This document shows positions 38,921 through 47,572 of a stretch of DNA of 64,000 bases, piece after piece. The translations under genes were made by a program, and so were the position numbers. Source of the stretch: a virus; the IMG/VR virus record IMGVR_UViG_3300042691_020932, positions 18,591 through 82,590 of that record. One strand, written 5' to 3'. Position 1 is the first letter of the stretch. The number at the start of each line of letters is the position of its first letter. The notes beneath the pieces are model-generated. The model ran no database searches. It was given only the letters and a program-made list of their open reading frames with translations, and was not told where the DNA came from.

Positions 38921-39099
38921 GTGTTTATCATCATCAATATCAAGACTTTTTATAATCTCGATTCATTGCAGCAACTTGATAGGATGAACGTGCCACAATT
39001 TCATTCCTAGAAGTGTGTTGAGATTGTGCGCGATGATTATATCCTACCCACACAAAACCTTGTGTTTTAAGGTCACATGCAACATTGTAAATCATGAGA

Positions 39100-39333
39100 T
39101 CAAGAATAGTAAAGATTTGCAATTTCATTGCGAAGACGATTCAGAGTCTCCCAGTTTGAAATATATCCAACCTCGGAAGAGATGCTATCATCGAAGGTCG
39201 CATATCCAAGGACATCGACAATATCGTTCACATACAATCCTTGGTGAGCATTGAGTTCTTCATCATCAAACTGGTTGAAGTAACGAACCAGAAAGTTGAG
39301 TGCTTCAGTGTAAAGTTCTTGAGTCATTTGCAT
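39100..39333 (-). CDS. Hypothetical protein
   Basis: Co-oriented small ORF. Confidence 0.6.
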   Translation of the reverse strand: MQMTQELYTEALNFLVRYFNQFDDEELNAHQGLYVNDIVDVLGYATFDDSISSEVGYISNWETLNRLRNEIANLYYS

Positions 39334-39351
39334 TTGATAGTATTTGGCAAT

Positions 39352-39519
39352 TCAGCGAAGTGTCAGAGAGCGAGTATCAATCCAAACACCTTTATCAGTA
39401 CCCATTCGGAAACTATGATCCCACACAAAGTGTGTCGCTTCCTGATTGGTAAGAATAAACTGTTTGCAGAGAATCTCTACTGCTTCAAAGATATTTGAGA
39501 ATCGGAGAGTTGTAGACAT
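39352..39519 (-). CDS. Hypothetical protein
   Basis: First gene after repeat copy 4. Confidence 0.6.
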   Translation of the reverse strand: MSTTLRFSNIFEAVEILCKQFILTNQEATHFVWDHSFRMGTDKGVWIDTRSLTLR

Positions 39520-39540
39520 TTTGGGAAGTCTGTAAGGGGT

Positions 39541-39569
39541 TATACTACTAGGACACTTTGGGTGGCCCA
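39541..39569 (-). repeat. 29-bp intergenic element, copy 4
   Basis: TGGGCCACCCAAAGTGTCCTAGTAGTATA. Confidence 0.95.
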
Positions 39570-39716
39570 CTAATCATTTGAAACTAAAATCGTCGGACCT
39601 TCAACTTGACAAAACTCCAACAGATAGTAATCAATAGTGATTCCAAGTTGTGATGCTTCAGTATAAAACTGTTGATATTGTTGACCGTCAAGAATAAAGA
39701 AATCAGTTTCAATCAT
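39570..39716 (-). CDS. Hypothetical protein (EA..L...DYYL.EF family)
   Basis: Motif shared with 53012-53149. Confidence 0.65.
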   Translation of the reverse strand: MIETDFFILDGQQYQQFYTEASQLGITIDYYLLEFCQVEGPTILVSND

Positions 39717-39866
39717 GGGGTGCGATAATGTCAGCGACAGTGTGTAATGTGGTTGAAGTTGTGTTACGAACTGCAGGAGAAAGTATAAACGCAACAGCAA
39801 AGATCAGGAGAATTGTCTTCACTTTGTCGGGTGACTTGAATGTTAGACTTTTGCGTGACATTCAAA

Positions 39867-40082
39867 CTAAGATCCACCGTACACATATTCGATTACACCT
39901 GCCTCATCAAGTCCTACAGATTCGATGACAGTGAATCGTGCATAGTTATCAAACTCATCTGCATAGTAATCTCCAACCTCTTTGATAAACAACTCGCGGC
40001 ATTGTTCTTTGTTCTCAGCAGCAATAACTACCATTCCAGAGGTATAATCAGAGAGGACATTGTTAATGATAAACAGTTTCAT
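39867..40082 (-). CDS. Hypothetical protein
   Basis: Co-oriented small ORF. Confidence 0.7.
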   Translation of the reverse strand: MKLFIINNVLSDYTSGMVVIAAENKEQCRELFIKEVGDYYADEFDNYARFTVIESVGLDEAGVIEYVYGGS

Positions 40083-40097
40083 GGTTTTAGTTAAGTT

Positions 40098-40328
40098 TCA
40101 GTCGAAGCGAGAGGATACATCAGGACCAGGATTCTCAAGGTGTGCAACACTATCAGCAACACCTTCAGCAGTTAGTGCAAATTGTACTTTTTTGCCTTCG
40201 TGATAGATGTCAAAGACAGATTGGACGTAAGGTGTTAGGTTGCCTTGCGAATCCCAGGCATTTCGTGTATGCGAAGTCTCAACGATTTCGTAGACTTTAG
40301 AGGTGAGAGGTGAAGTGTAGGTCATCAT
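40098..40328 (-). CDS. Hypothetical protein
   Basis: Starts at the ATG of repeat copy 5. Confidence 0.7.
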   Translation of the reverse strand: MMTYTSPLTSKVYEIVETSHTRNAWDSQGNLTPYVQSVFDIYHEGKKVQFALTAEGVADSVAHLENPGPDVSSRFD

Positions 40329-40354
40329 ACTACTAGGACACTTTGGGGGGCCCA
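40326..40354 (-). repeat. 29-bp intergenic element, copy 5
   Basis: TGGGCCCCCCAAAGTGTCCTAGTAGTATG. Confidence 0.95.
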
Positions 40355-40615
40355 CTATTTGTTTCGGGTGGATTCAGTTGTTACACTCTCCACCAATTCT
40401 TGCAGTTCATCGTCATCATAATAGTGCGACAGTTCTTCCATCAATTCACTCTCTTTATAGTCAATCATACTATCACAAATTGTGTCAATCGCAAATGCAC
40501 ACAAATCGCGCACATCCATATTGTCAACAACTCGCTCAGCATAGAGTTGAACGATCTTGGAAAGTTGGTCTTGAGAAAGTGTCATTTTGTTTGTAGGATT
40601 AGGAAGGGAAATCAT
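40355..40615 (-). CDS. Acidic hypothetical protein
   Basis: Y..R.VD.MD..DL motif; stop abuts the repeat. Confidence 0.7.
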   Translation of the reverse strand: MISLPNPTNKMTLSQDQLSKIVQLYAERVVDNMDVRDLCAFAIDTICDSMIDYKESELMEELSHYYDDDELQELVESVTTESTRNK

Positions 40616-40836
40616 TGAATAACAGTGCTAGTATCAGGATTGAAAGTAACTTCGGAGATCACATCAAAATCATCACTCATCTTGACATAATTCCAGAGAG
40701 TGTCAGTCTCATCATCCACATTTTCCTGATAAAGGTGAATGAAACCGTCATCACCTTGTTTTACATAACAACCATCATAATTCTCATCATCAAATACATA
40801 ACCAGATGCAATCAGTGCTTCAGTAAATGTCATCAT
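40612..40836 (-). CDS. Acidic hypothetical protein (paralog of 38478-38660)
   Basis: MTFTEALIASGY N-terminus. Confidence 0.7.
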   Translation of the reverse strand: MMTFTEALIASGYVFDDENYDGCYVKQGDDGFIHLYQENVDDETDTLWNYVKMSDDFDVISEVTFNPDTSTVIQ

Positions 40837-41115
40837 TTGCAGTAGTTAGGGTTAATTTGGCAGAACTGATCTGCTTGGCGTTCTTGATACTCACTGGTCG
40901 TTGCGTGTGCTATCAAACCAAAGCGAAGACCGAGTGCTAGAGTAGCAATCAAAAAAGCAATTCGCATCAGACTTCATCCCTCATTTCGGTGAGTTTGTCA
41001 TACAGAGCAGGAATATCTGTCTCTGTAAGTTCAGTCAAATAGCACCAATCGCTAGACTCAAGAACTGCAAGAAGAGTATCAATCTCTTCAAAAGTGAGAG
41101 TGGTTTGTGTCATAT

Positions 41116-41301
41116 TCAATCAACGACAGAGTAACAAGCAACCCAGGAAGGAATCCCAGAGAGTGATAACGAACCATTGCGGGCATCGCAATAGTCTTGT
41201 GCGTCATCTTCAGTGTAGAAAGGTCCAATATACTCGGGAGAATTGAGTGCATTGGAATCGAAGCGAACTGTGAATGTTTCAGTCATTGTGGTTTGTCTCA
41301 T
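41116..41301 (-). CDS. Hypothetical protein
   Basis: YIGPF...DA..Y motif; starts at the ATG of repeat copy 6. Confidence 0.65.
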   Translation of the reverse strand: MRQTTMTETFTVRFDSNALNSPEYIGPFYTEDDAQDYCDARNGSLSLSGIPSWVACYSVVD

Positions 41302-41327
41302 ACTACTAGGACACTTTGCAGGGCCCA
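41299..41327 (-). repeat. 29-bp intergenic element, copy 6
   Basis: TGGGCCCTGCAAAGTGTCCTAGTAGTATG. Confidence 0.95.
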
Positions 41328-41334
41328 GTGTTTA

Positions 41335-41661
41335 TCAGTTACGCATCAGGGAAAGATAACCATCCTCGGAGAGAGTATCCTCAGACAGGTTGACATTGCG
41401 AGCACAAGAGATTGCATCAGCAAAGTTATCGAAAGTACCAAAGTTTTTCTGATTACCACACCAGCAACCTTTGTACTCATAAATCATTGCTTCCACAGTA
41501 AATACATCGTTTTTGAAGTTACGATCTACACTGTGCTTGATATAAACTTTCCCGTCATTTCGGGTGTACTTATCGAAGATGGAAGACTTGAAAGTAAGAG
41601 TGAAATCAGTGATGAAATCACCAGTGAGATTGATGCTTTTTTGGAAGAGAGTTTCAGTCAT
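41335..41661 (-). CDS. Hypothetical protein (single gene between repeats 7 and 6)
   Basis: 108-aa ORF filling the inter-repeat interval. Confidence 0.75.
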   Translation of the reverse strand: MTETLFQKSINLTGDFITDFTLTFKSSIFDKYTRNDGKVYIKHSVDRNFKNDVFTVEAMIYEYKGCWCGNQKNFGTFDNFADAISCARNVNLSEDTLSEDGYLSLMRN

Positions 41662-41685
41662 TTAGTGGTTTTTCGTTTGAGTCCT

Positions 41686-41714
41686 TATACTACTAGGACA
41701 CTTTAGGTGGCCCA
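41686..41714 (-). repeat. 29-bp intergenic element, copy 7
   Basis: TGGGCCACCTAAAGTGTCCTAGTAGTATA. Confidence 0.95.
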
Positions 41715-41718
41715 CTAA

Positions 41719-41862
41719 TCATTTGAAACTCACATTCACTCCAACAATTCTAGCAGTAGGATTGCGTACTTTTGCTGTCTCGCGTGCATCTTTTGGAGAG
41801 TTAGCATATACTTCCTCCTTAAAGACTTTGCCACCAACGTAGAGATCAACGATGTACTTCAT
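41719..41862 (-). CDS. 47-aa conserved hypothetical protein
   Basis: Manual translation MKYIVDLYVGGKVFKEEVYANSPKDARETAKVRNPTARIVGVNVSFK. Confidence 0.75.
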   Translation of the reverse strand: MKYIVDLYVGGKVFKEEVYANSPKDARETAKVRNPTARIVGVNVSFK

Positions 41863-41874
41863 GTGCTTGTTTGT

Positions 41875-41991
41875 ATTTTAGAAAAAATTGATGATTTCAC
41901 TGCAGTGGATGACCTTTGACCCGTGTGCAGTGAAATTGCAGAAAAATCAGGTTTTTGGTTGAGTGGTGGACTGGGTTCTCGGTGAGACTCA
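41875..41991. repeat. About 117-bp non-coding structured element, copy A
   Basis: Similar to 48098-48215; internal 11-bp inverted repeat ATTTCACTGCA/TGCAGTGAAAT. Confidence 0.85.
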
Positions 41992-41999
41992 AGTGAGAA

Positions 42000-42194
42000 T
42001 CACAGGGTCTGCCAGTCTTGTGCCTCTTTCAAGTTAGAGTTAAAGAACTTTTGCAAGATAGACTCAATTACAGGTTGCCACTGTTTGTCTTTAATTGAGT
42101 CACGATTCTGTGCTTCGACAAGAAACTTAAGGATGCAAGTCTCTTCGTTTGGAGTGAAGTCAACGCGAGTGAAAGTGTAACCGTCAGTCATCAT
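42000..42194 (-). CDS. Hypothetical protein
   Basis: ATGA-coupled ORF. Confidence 0.65.
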   Translation of the reverse strand: MMTDGYTFTRVDFTPNEETCILKFLVEAQNRDSIKDKQWQPVIESILQKFFNSNLKEAQDWQTL

Positions 42195-42424
42195 TTAATC
42201 CAGCAACTTTTGTTTGATTTGTTTTGTGCTCTTGCAAAAGAACCAGCATCGTGGCATAATTTAGAGAGTTTAATTAGAACCTCACGATCTTTCACTGGAC
42301 GCTCAAATGCAAGATCATTGTTCATACTTAGAGAGACCAAATCTCTCAACAATCTTTCACATCGAAGTGCCTCATTGATTGTAAAGTTTTCGTTGATAAT
42401 TGGGCGAAAGTTCTTCATAATCAA
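42191..42424 (-). CDS. Hypothetical protein
   Basis: Co-oriented ORF. Confidence 0.6.
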   Translation of the reverse strand: MIMKNFRPIINENFTINEALRCERLLRDLVSLSMNNDLAFERPVKDREVLIKLSKLCHDAGSFARAQNKSNKSCWIK

Positions 42425-42587
42425 ACAGGAAAAACTTCTACAGAACGAATAAGATTTGTGCGATCTTGTGCTAGGTAATCATCAGCGATTTTACCACACG
42501 ATGAACGAGATTGAATAATCTTTTCCTCATAAAGATTCTCATCTTCATCAGGAACCCAATACTCAATCAGCATACGATAGGTTTTCA

Positions 42588-42836
42588 TCAGTAGTGTGCC
42601 TCAGAGTAGTCAAGAACTTCGCTGTACTTAGCGATACCATCATAGCAACGCTTTGCCATTTCAGAATCACCTTCAGCGATGTAACCTTTCAGAAACTCAA
42701 AGCAGTATTTGATACGCTGCTCTGGAGTAACTTTAGCGAGTTGTTGTTGCTTACGCTCATAGGCAGCGTTGTAGGCAAACATCTCACGATCTTCGAGGGA
42801 GATGTTGTGAAACTTGCGGTCGGTAGTGTTATTCAT
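42588..42836 (-). CDS. Hypothetical protein
   Basis: Starts at the ATG of repeat copy 8. Confidence 0.7.
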   Translation of the reverse strand: MNNTTDRKFHNISLEDREMFAYNAAYERKQQQLAKVTPEQRIKYCFEFLKGYIAEGDSEMAKRCYDGIAKYSEVLDYSEAHY

Positions 42837-42862
42837 ACTACTAGGACACTTTGCAGGGCCCA
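42834..42862 (-). repeat. 29-bp intergenic element, copy 8
   Basis: TGGGCCCTGCAAAGTGTCCTAGTAGTATG. Confidence 0.95.
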
Positions 42863-42869
42863 CTATTTG

Positions 42870-43124
42870 TTACCAGCGGCCTTGTTGTATGAGAATCTTT
42901 TTGATTTCAGTATAAATGAACTGACGAAGTTTAGTGTCGGCAGTGTTATCAAAAGCATAATAAAGACGATTCAAATACTCATTCTGTGTCAGTCCAATGT
43001 TACCATCACCACCGATTTCATTGAGTGATGAACCTGCCTGCACACGATTCTTTCCAAAGTTGCCAGACACACGCCCAGTTGTTCTCAGTTTGGGCTTTAT
43101 CTTTGAGAGATTAGAGTATGTCAT
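42870..43124 (-). CDS. Hypothetical protein
   Basis: ATGA-coupled ORF. Confidence 0.7.
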   Translation of the reverse strand: MTYSNLSKIKPKLRTTGRVSGNFGKNRVQAGSSLNEIGGDGNIGLTQNEYLNRLYYAFDNTADTKLRQFIYTEIKKILIQQGRW

Positions 43125-43306
43125 TTGAATTGTTCTAGAACATCAATAAAGTGTTGGATACAATCTTTGGGGATGTGGATGGTTTGGTATCCAGGACCAT
43201 TACCATCTTCCACACTCACAGTGCCATACTCATCAGCAGTAAAATCAAAACTCCAACCATCTTCTTCGTGTTCGATTTTGATGTGTTTGGTGATAGTGTA
43301 AGTCAT
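43121..43306 (-). CDS. Hypothetical protein
   Basis: Co-oriented ORF. Confidence 0.65.
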   Translation of the reverse strand: MTYTITKHIKIEHEEDGWSFDFTADEYGTVSVEDGNGPGYQTIHIPKDCIQHFIDVLEQFK

Positions 43307-43472
43307 TCATCCTCCTCATAAGGAAACATTTCGTCGTATTCTTCGTCAGTTAGAGTGAGATACTGAACATCAGCATTTTTGTGCTCTTCAGCATACACTA
43401 ATTGATAGTGTGCGAAAGAAGATGGGTCACTGCTAGCATACTCTACCAGACCATCAACAATACAAAGGTAGT

Positions 43473-43703
43473 TCATCGTGCCAAAGATAAGTTGTATTTG
43501 ATAATCAAAAGGTCTCGCACTTGTTCTCGGTCGATACTATCACCACAGAACGGCACTTCTTTAATCTTTGCAATCCTGATAATGTCGTTGGTTGCTTTAC
43601 GAACTAGAGTACGATTTGCACCCATCGGATATAATCCATCAGGACCATAGAACGACATCACATAATCAATGAAATCGTTAATAAACTCTTTAGACATAAT
43701 CAC
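43473..43703 (-). CDS. Hypothetical protein (F.DYV.SFYG..GLY...F.GDS.DRE family)
   Basis: Recurrent cyanophage motif. Confidence 0.75.
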   Translation of the reverse strand: MIMSKEFINDFIDYVMSFYGPDGLYPMGANRTLVRKATNDIIRIAKIKEVPFCGDSIDREQVRDLLIIKYNLSLAR

Positions 43704-44134
43704 TTAGCGTAGAGATAACCACCAGACCAATCGGCATTCTCCAGCAGATATTCACGATCTTTGATCAATCGCAGATCATAACGAACACCTTTGGCAGGAG
43801 ATTTCCAAGTCGCAGACTTATATACTTCGCCAGTGTTCTTGTCAATGAAGCAATGAACGGAGCGGGAACCGCCACCACTCACAAAGATGACTTTGTGATA
43901 CTTTTTACCAGTCTCAACAGTATAATCAATGTCACACTTGCCAGACTTGAGTTCATCAACCTTGCGAATGTGATACTCTACATTCTCACCACGCTCAGCA
44001 GAAGTCTGATGACCGCGAATAGAATACTGACGATAGTTGTCTTTCAGTGCTTCAATCAGCAGGAGAGTGTGCTTATACACATTCTCTGCGATGGTTTGTT
44101 TTGCTTGTGCTTGCATTTCAGTGGTTGTACTCAT
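43700..44134 (-). CDS. Conserved phage hypothetical protein
   Basis: GKKYHKV...SVHCFIDK.TG.VYK.A.WK.PAKGVRY...W.GGYLY. Confidence 0.8.
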   Translation of the reverse strand: MSTTTEMQAQAKQTIAENVYKHTLLLIEALKDNYRQYSIRGHQTSAERGENVEYHIRKVDELKSGKCDIDYTVETGKKYHKVIFVSGGGSRSVHCFIDKNTGEVYKSATWKSPAKGVRYDLRLIKDREYLLENADWSGGYLYAK

Positions 44135-44160
44135 ACTACTAGGACACTTTGCAGGGCCCA
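44132..44160 (-). repeat. 29-bp intergenic element, copy 9
   Basis: TGGGCCCTGCAAAGTGTCCTAGTAGTATG. Confidence 0.95.
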
Positions 44161-44161
44161 A

Positions 44162-45076
44162 TTACCAACTCTTTGCCATTGTGAAGTTTGCGTGAGAGAA
44201 TGTCTCGCGATCCACTACTTTGAAGATGCCGTAATCGTTTTTGATTACATAACCCTCGTGGAAACTTGCCACATCCCACAGGAAACATTCGATGTCGTCT
44301 TCTTCGTGAATGAAGAGGAACAAATCATCCTTGATTGTCTTCACCAACTTCCAAAGCCGGATGAGGTTCTTGTCACAATCACATTTTTCTGCAATTTCAT
44401 CCTCACAGATGATACGTTGCTCCCTGATGCAAGCATTGATCTCTTTTTTGATTTGTGATGCCTTGCGATCACTCACAAACTCACACAGAGTTGACATTTG
44501 CTTGGCAAACTTACACACATCTGCCAAATCCTCACGATAAGGATTCAGGGACACTGCAGGTTGCACGAATAAGCATTTCTTAGTGCTTGCAAACTTGCTG
44601 GTGATAGGGTGTGCTACCATTTCAGGCAGACGCTCACCAGTGTAGTAAGTATGGGGAGCAACGATAATCTCTTGACGAACAACCTCAGGAAACTTATAGG
44701 TAATGGTGTTGGGTTTGAATGTATCAAGACCCTTACCGAAACCAATCCAATCTCCCTGATACACATTGTTAGTGCGAGGCAGGAAATCCAAGCAATAGAT
44801 GAGGATTTGCGTTACGCGAGGTTGACCGCCAAAATGGGTAAAGATGTCGTCCTCGTTATAGCACAGGCGAATCTTTTGCTTATTAAATGCTGCTTTGGTG
44901 CAGACAAAAAACTTACCATTCTCAGGATTAGTGCCCCAAACAATAGCAGGAGCGCCATCCATCTTGACACTGATAGTAGAATCAGCACTGAACCAATCGA
45001 GCACCGAAAGATCACCATTTAGGATAGAATCTTCGGGATGTTCGATATGTTTGTTTTGCATTGGTTGCTTACTCAT
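44162..45076 (-). CDS. DUF6267-like protein with ATP-dependent ligase/nucleotidyltransferase-type motifs
   Basis: H.EHPED, SVKMDGAPA (KxDG), YQGD, EGYV, K.VDR..FS..NF. Confidence 0.65.
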   Translation of the reverse strand: MSKQPMQNKHIEHPEDSILNGDLSVLDWFSADSTISVKMDGAPAIVWGTNPENGKFFVCTKAAFNKQKIRLCYNEDDIFTHFGGQPRVTQILIYCLDFLPRTNNVYQGDWIGFGKGLDTFKPNTITYKFPEVVRQEIIVAPHTYYTGERLPEMVAHPITSKFASTKKCLFVQPAVSLNPYREDLADVCKFAKQMSTLCEFVSDRKASQIKKEINACIREQRIICEDEIAEKCDCDKNLIRLWKLVKTIKDDLFLFIHEEDDIECFLWDVASFHEGYVIKNDYGIFKVVDRETFSHANFTMAKSW

Positions 45077-45102
45077 ACTACTAGGACACTTTGCAGGGCC
45101 CA
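45074..45102 (-). repeat. 29-bp intergenic element, copy 10
   Basis: TGGGCCCTGCAAAGTGTCCTAGTAGTATG. Confidence 0.95.
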
Positions 45103-45105
45103 GAA

Positions 45106-45309
45106 TCAAACCTCTGCCAGTTTCTGTAGACGATTGCGAATATCAAAGAGTTCCATATCATCCATATCTACAGCATCCAAATCTACAGGAGCAAACTCCT
45201 CCAGATTTACACTACCATCAGAATAAATGGGGGCATAGTACAACTCATCGCCATCTTCTTGCGATAGAGTATAAACGCAACCGTGATTAGTGGAAGTAAC
45301 GAAAATCAT
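45106..45309 (-). CDS. Acidic hypothetical protein
   Basis: ELYYAPI..DG motif. Confidence 0.65.
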   Translation of the reverse strand: MIFVTSTNHGCVYTLSQEDGDELYYAPIYSDGSVNLEEFAPVDLDAVDMDDMELFDIRNRLQKLAEV

Positions 45310-45331
45310 TGGAGTTTCAAGAACAAAGGTA

Positions 45332-45367
45332 CAATAAAGGAGCACCTGCTAAATTACAAGTGCTCCT
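45332..45367 (-). promoter_or_regulatory. Stem-loop overlapping a weak sigma70-like promoter or terminator
   Basis: AGGAGCAC/GTGCTCCT arms; TTGTAA-17 nt-TATTGT. Confidence 0.45.
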
Positions 45368-45377
45368 GTGCTAATTA

Positions 45378-45620
45378 TCAAACTGCTACACGACGTGCAG
45401 ACAGTTGTTGATTCACAAAGTTCAATACTTGCTTCACATAAGGAGAAACAGTTTGAGTGAACTTAACCACATCTTCACGAAGTTTGTTGACTTCATACTG
45501 ATGGATTTGCCAGCGAACCTGAATGTCTTGGAAGTATTGATCGCGAGTAATCAGTACCTGAGGGACGGACACTTCGGGAGCAACAACAACATTAGTGGTT
45601 TGCTTGCGAGCGCGAGGCAT
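45378..45620 (-). CDS. Hypothetical protein
   Basis: First gene after repeat copy 11. Confidence 0.7.
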   Translation of the reverse strand: MPRARKQTTNVVVAPEVSVPQVLITRDQYFQDIQVRWQIHQYEVNKLREDVVKFTQTVSPYVKQVLNFVNQQLSARRVAV

Positions 45621-45635
45621 GAAATGAATGCGTCT

Positions 45636-45664
45636 TACATTACTAGGACACTTTACAGGGCCCA
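45636..45664 (-). repeat. 29-bp intergenic element, copy 11
   Basis: TGGGCCCTGTAAAGTGTCCTAGTAATGTA. Confidence 0.93.
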
Positions 45665-45666
45665 CT

Positions 45667-46743
45667 CTATGCAAAGAATGATTTTAGTGGATTTTGATTG
45701 ATCCTATGCTGTTCTGGTAGTGCTTGCCAGATAGTTTTCTCAATAATATCAAATCTGAGGTTATATGCACCATTTGTGGATGCAAAAGATACTTCAGACC
45801 AGTTAATTGATTGCATCACACTATCAAGAATCTTCTTGTCAGTAAGTGCTACAATTCCATAACCTCTACGATGTGGCAAATCCTCAAAATGTGTGTAATA
45901 CTTCATTGCTTCTGCACCAAAACATGTAGAAGGTAGATAATAGTCACATGCGTAGAGATGTTTCTTATTTCTTGTGCTTCCTGGAGTTCCACCATCAGAC
46001 AAAGAATACAATTTCACAATGTTACTCAGATCAACCTTTTCTTCCTCAATTTTGTGATGTTTGGCCCAAATCTGAAAGACAACATTAACGCTAACATCTT
46101 TGCCACCAGGATAATGAAACTCAGAATCTACAACCTCACTATGAATGAGATTCATATCTTTGACTCTTGATTTGCAACTACCCTTTCCGTTGCTATCAAA
46201 TAGTTGTGGCAAAATAAAGCACACAAAATCAGAGAACTGTGCGGCATGATTGATAAACTTAAGTGCCAAATGTCCTCGCAATCCGAATGGTGGATTACCG
46301 ATACATACGTTCTTCTCAGTGGTAGGTTTCCAGCGTAAAAAGTCCTGTTTCTCTACACCTTCACAGCGAGGTTCAATGTCTACACCAACGCGCTGATAGA
46401 TGGGTAGAACCTTATAGAAACTACCATCGCCAGCTGAGGGTTCAATGAACGTATATTCACGCAAATCTACACCAAGATCACCCAGAACTTTGAGAGTTTG
46501 CTTGTAGCAATACTCTGCAGTATCTGGGTGAGTAAAGAACTGATCTTTCTCTTTATCAGTGAAATTGGAGTAGAGAATTGGAACACCTGCTAACCGACAC
46601 AAATCAAAGTAGTATTGTGGCGGAACCTCTTTCTTCTCCATCCACCGATTTACTGTACCTTTGTGTAGATACAACTCCTCGCAGACAGCATCAATGCCAA
46701 ACTTTTGGTAGATGGGAAGAAAGAAGTCGTAGATGTTTTTCAT
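45667..46743 (-). CDS. DNA amino-methyltransferase (probably N6-adenine) with N-terminal HTH
   Basis: DQFFT (motif X), FIEPSAGDGSF (motif I), GNPPFG (motif IV), FILP; N-terminal EEL.LHKGTVNRW HTH. Confidence 0.88.
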   Translation of the reverse strand: MKNIYDFFLPIYQKFGIDAVCEELYLHKGTVNRWMEKKEVPPQYYFDLCRLAGVPILYSNFTDKEKDQFFTHPDTAEYCYKQTLKVLGDLGVDLREYTFIEPSAGDGSFYKVLPIYQRVGVDIEPRCEGVEKQDFLRWKPTTEKNVCIGNPPFGLRGHLALKFINHAAQFSDFVCFILPQLFDSNGKGSCKSRVKDMNLIHSEVVDSEFHYPGGKDVSVNVVFQIWAKHHKIEEEKVDLSNIVKLYSLSDGGTPGSTRNKKHLYACDYYLPSTCFGAEAMKYYTHFEDLPHRRGYGIVALTDKKILDSVMQSINWSEVSFASTNGAYNLRFDIIEKTIWQALPEQHRINQNPLKSFFA

Positions 46744-47345
46744 GCAAGTTTGTTTGTCAGGAACTCCGATAGTGCTTCATCATCTGGATTTTCTACATCA
46801 TAGCAGAAAGTATAACCATTAGCAACACCCAGATGAACTTGCTTGTCGCGAAAATCCCACTTGTATTTGTCATTTTGATCGTTACGGAGAGTTGGTTTTG
46901 TGCCAAAGATTCCGTGACGAGCATCAAAAGTCACCTCAGAATAATCAAGAATAGTGAACCAAATCGTAGAATACTCAAAGTCAATGAAGACCAGTTTATC
47001 CCACTTCTCAGAGGCATAAAGATTCTCATGTTGCCATGCAGATTTCTTACCAGTTCCACGGCTAGCAGTCTTTACTTCGATGCGGAGTTTTGTACTATCA
47101 GGACGGTTAATCCAAATGTCATAAACACCGTCAGAGTTGTTGATGTTTTGATCCTCATCCCATTCTACATTGTAGGGAGTCAGTGCTTTGATAAACTTAT
47201 AGAGAGTTTGTTCTCCCCACTTACCACGTTCGTCGTTGCTAAGTTGTACGATCTCTTCAAAGTAAGATCCTTTCCAATAGTTACGCTCACGCAGTTTCTT
47301 GACAGCATCGCTGACAGTTTCGTTAAGAATGGTGCGGGATGACAT
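46740..47345 (-). CDS. PD-(D/E)xK nuclease, putative restriction endonuclease
   Basis: GKWGE...YDIWI...IEVKTA...WQHE catalytic pattern; ATGA overlap with the MTase. Confidence 0.7.
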   Translation of the reverse strand: MSSRTILNETVSDAVKKLRERNYWKGSYFEEIVQLSNDERGKWGEQTLYKFIKALTPYNVEWDEDQNINNSDGVYDIWINRPDSTKLRIEVKTASRGTGKKSAWQHENLYASEKWDKLVFIDFEYSTIWFTILDYSEVTFDARHGIFGTKPTLRNDQNDKYKWDFRDKQVHLGVANGYTFCYDVENPDDEALSEFLTNKLA

Positions 47346-47360
47346 GAATTGAGTTGTGCT

Positions 47361-47389
47361 TATATTATTGGGACAATTTAAAGGGCCCA
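47361..47389 (-). repeat. 29-bp intergenic element, copy 12 (most divergent)
   Basis: TGGGCCCTTTAAATTGTCCCAATAATATA. Confidence 0.88.
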
Positions 47390-47392
47390 CTA

Positions 47393-47572
47393 TCAGTCAA
47401 TGGGAAGTTTTGCCACACTTTTACCATTCTTGTGATCTGTGATATACTTTCGTGCAGAACTTTCAGTCCTACAAAGTTTCTCAAGTTGCTGACCGTTGTG
47501 GATAATAAGATACTGCTTCCCATAAGGAATAGCAGCATATGTATCCTTAAACATCGTAAATCCTTCTTTCAT
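47393..47572 (-). CDS. 59-aa hypothetical protein
   Basis: Manual translation MKEGFTMFKDTYAAIPYGKQYLIIHNGQQL... Confidence 0.7.
   Translation of the reverse strand: MKEGFTMFKDTYAAIPYGKQYLIIHNGQQLEKLCRTESSARKYITDHKNGKSVAKLPID

Noticed and set aside
37843-47390. Shared N-terminal peptide MG(H/P)xKCPSS in several ORF-track proteins
   Set aside because: It is the DNA repeat translated from alternative start codons. Other copies are out of frame or followed by stops, so conservation is at the DNA level.
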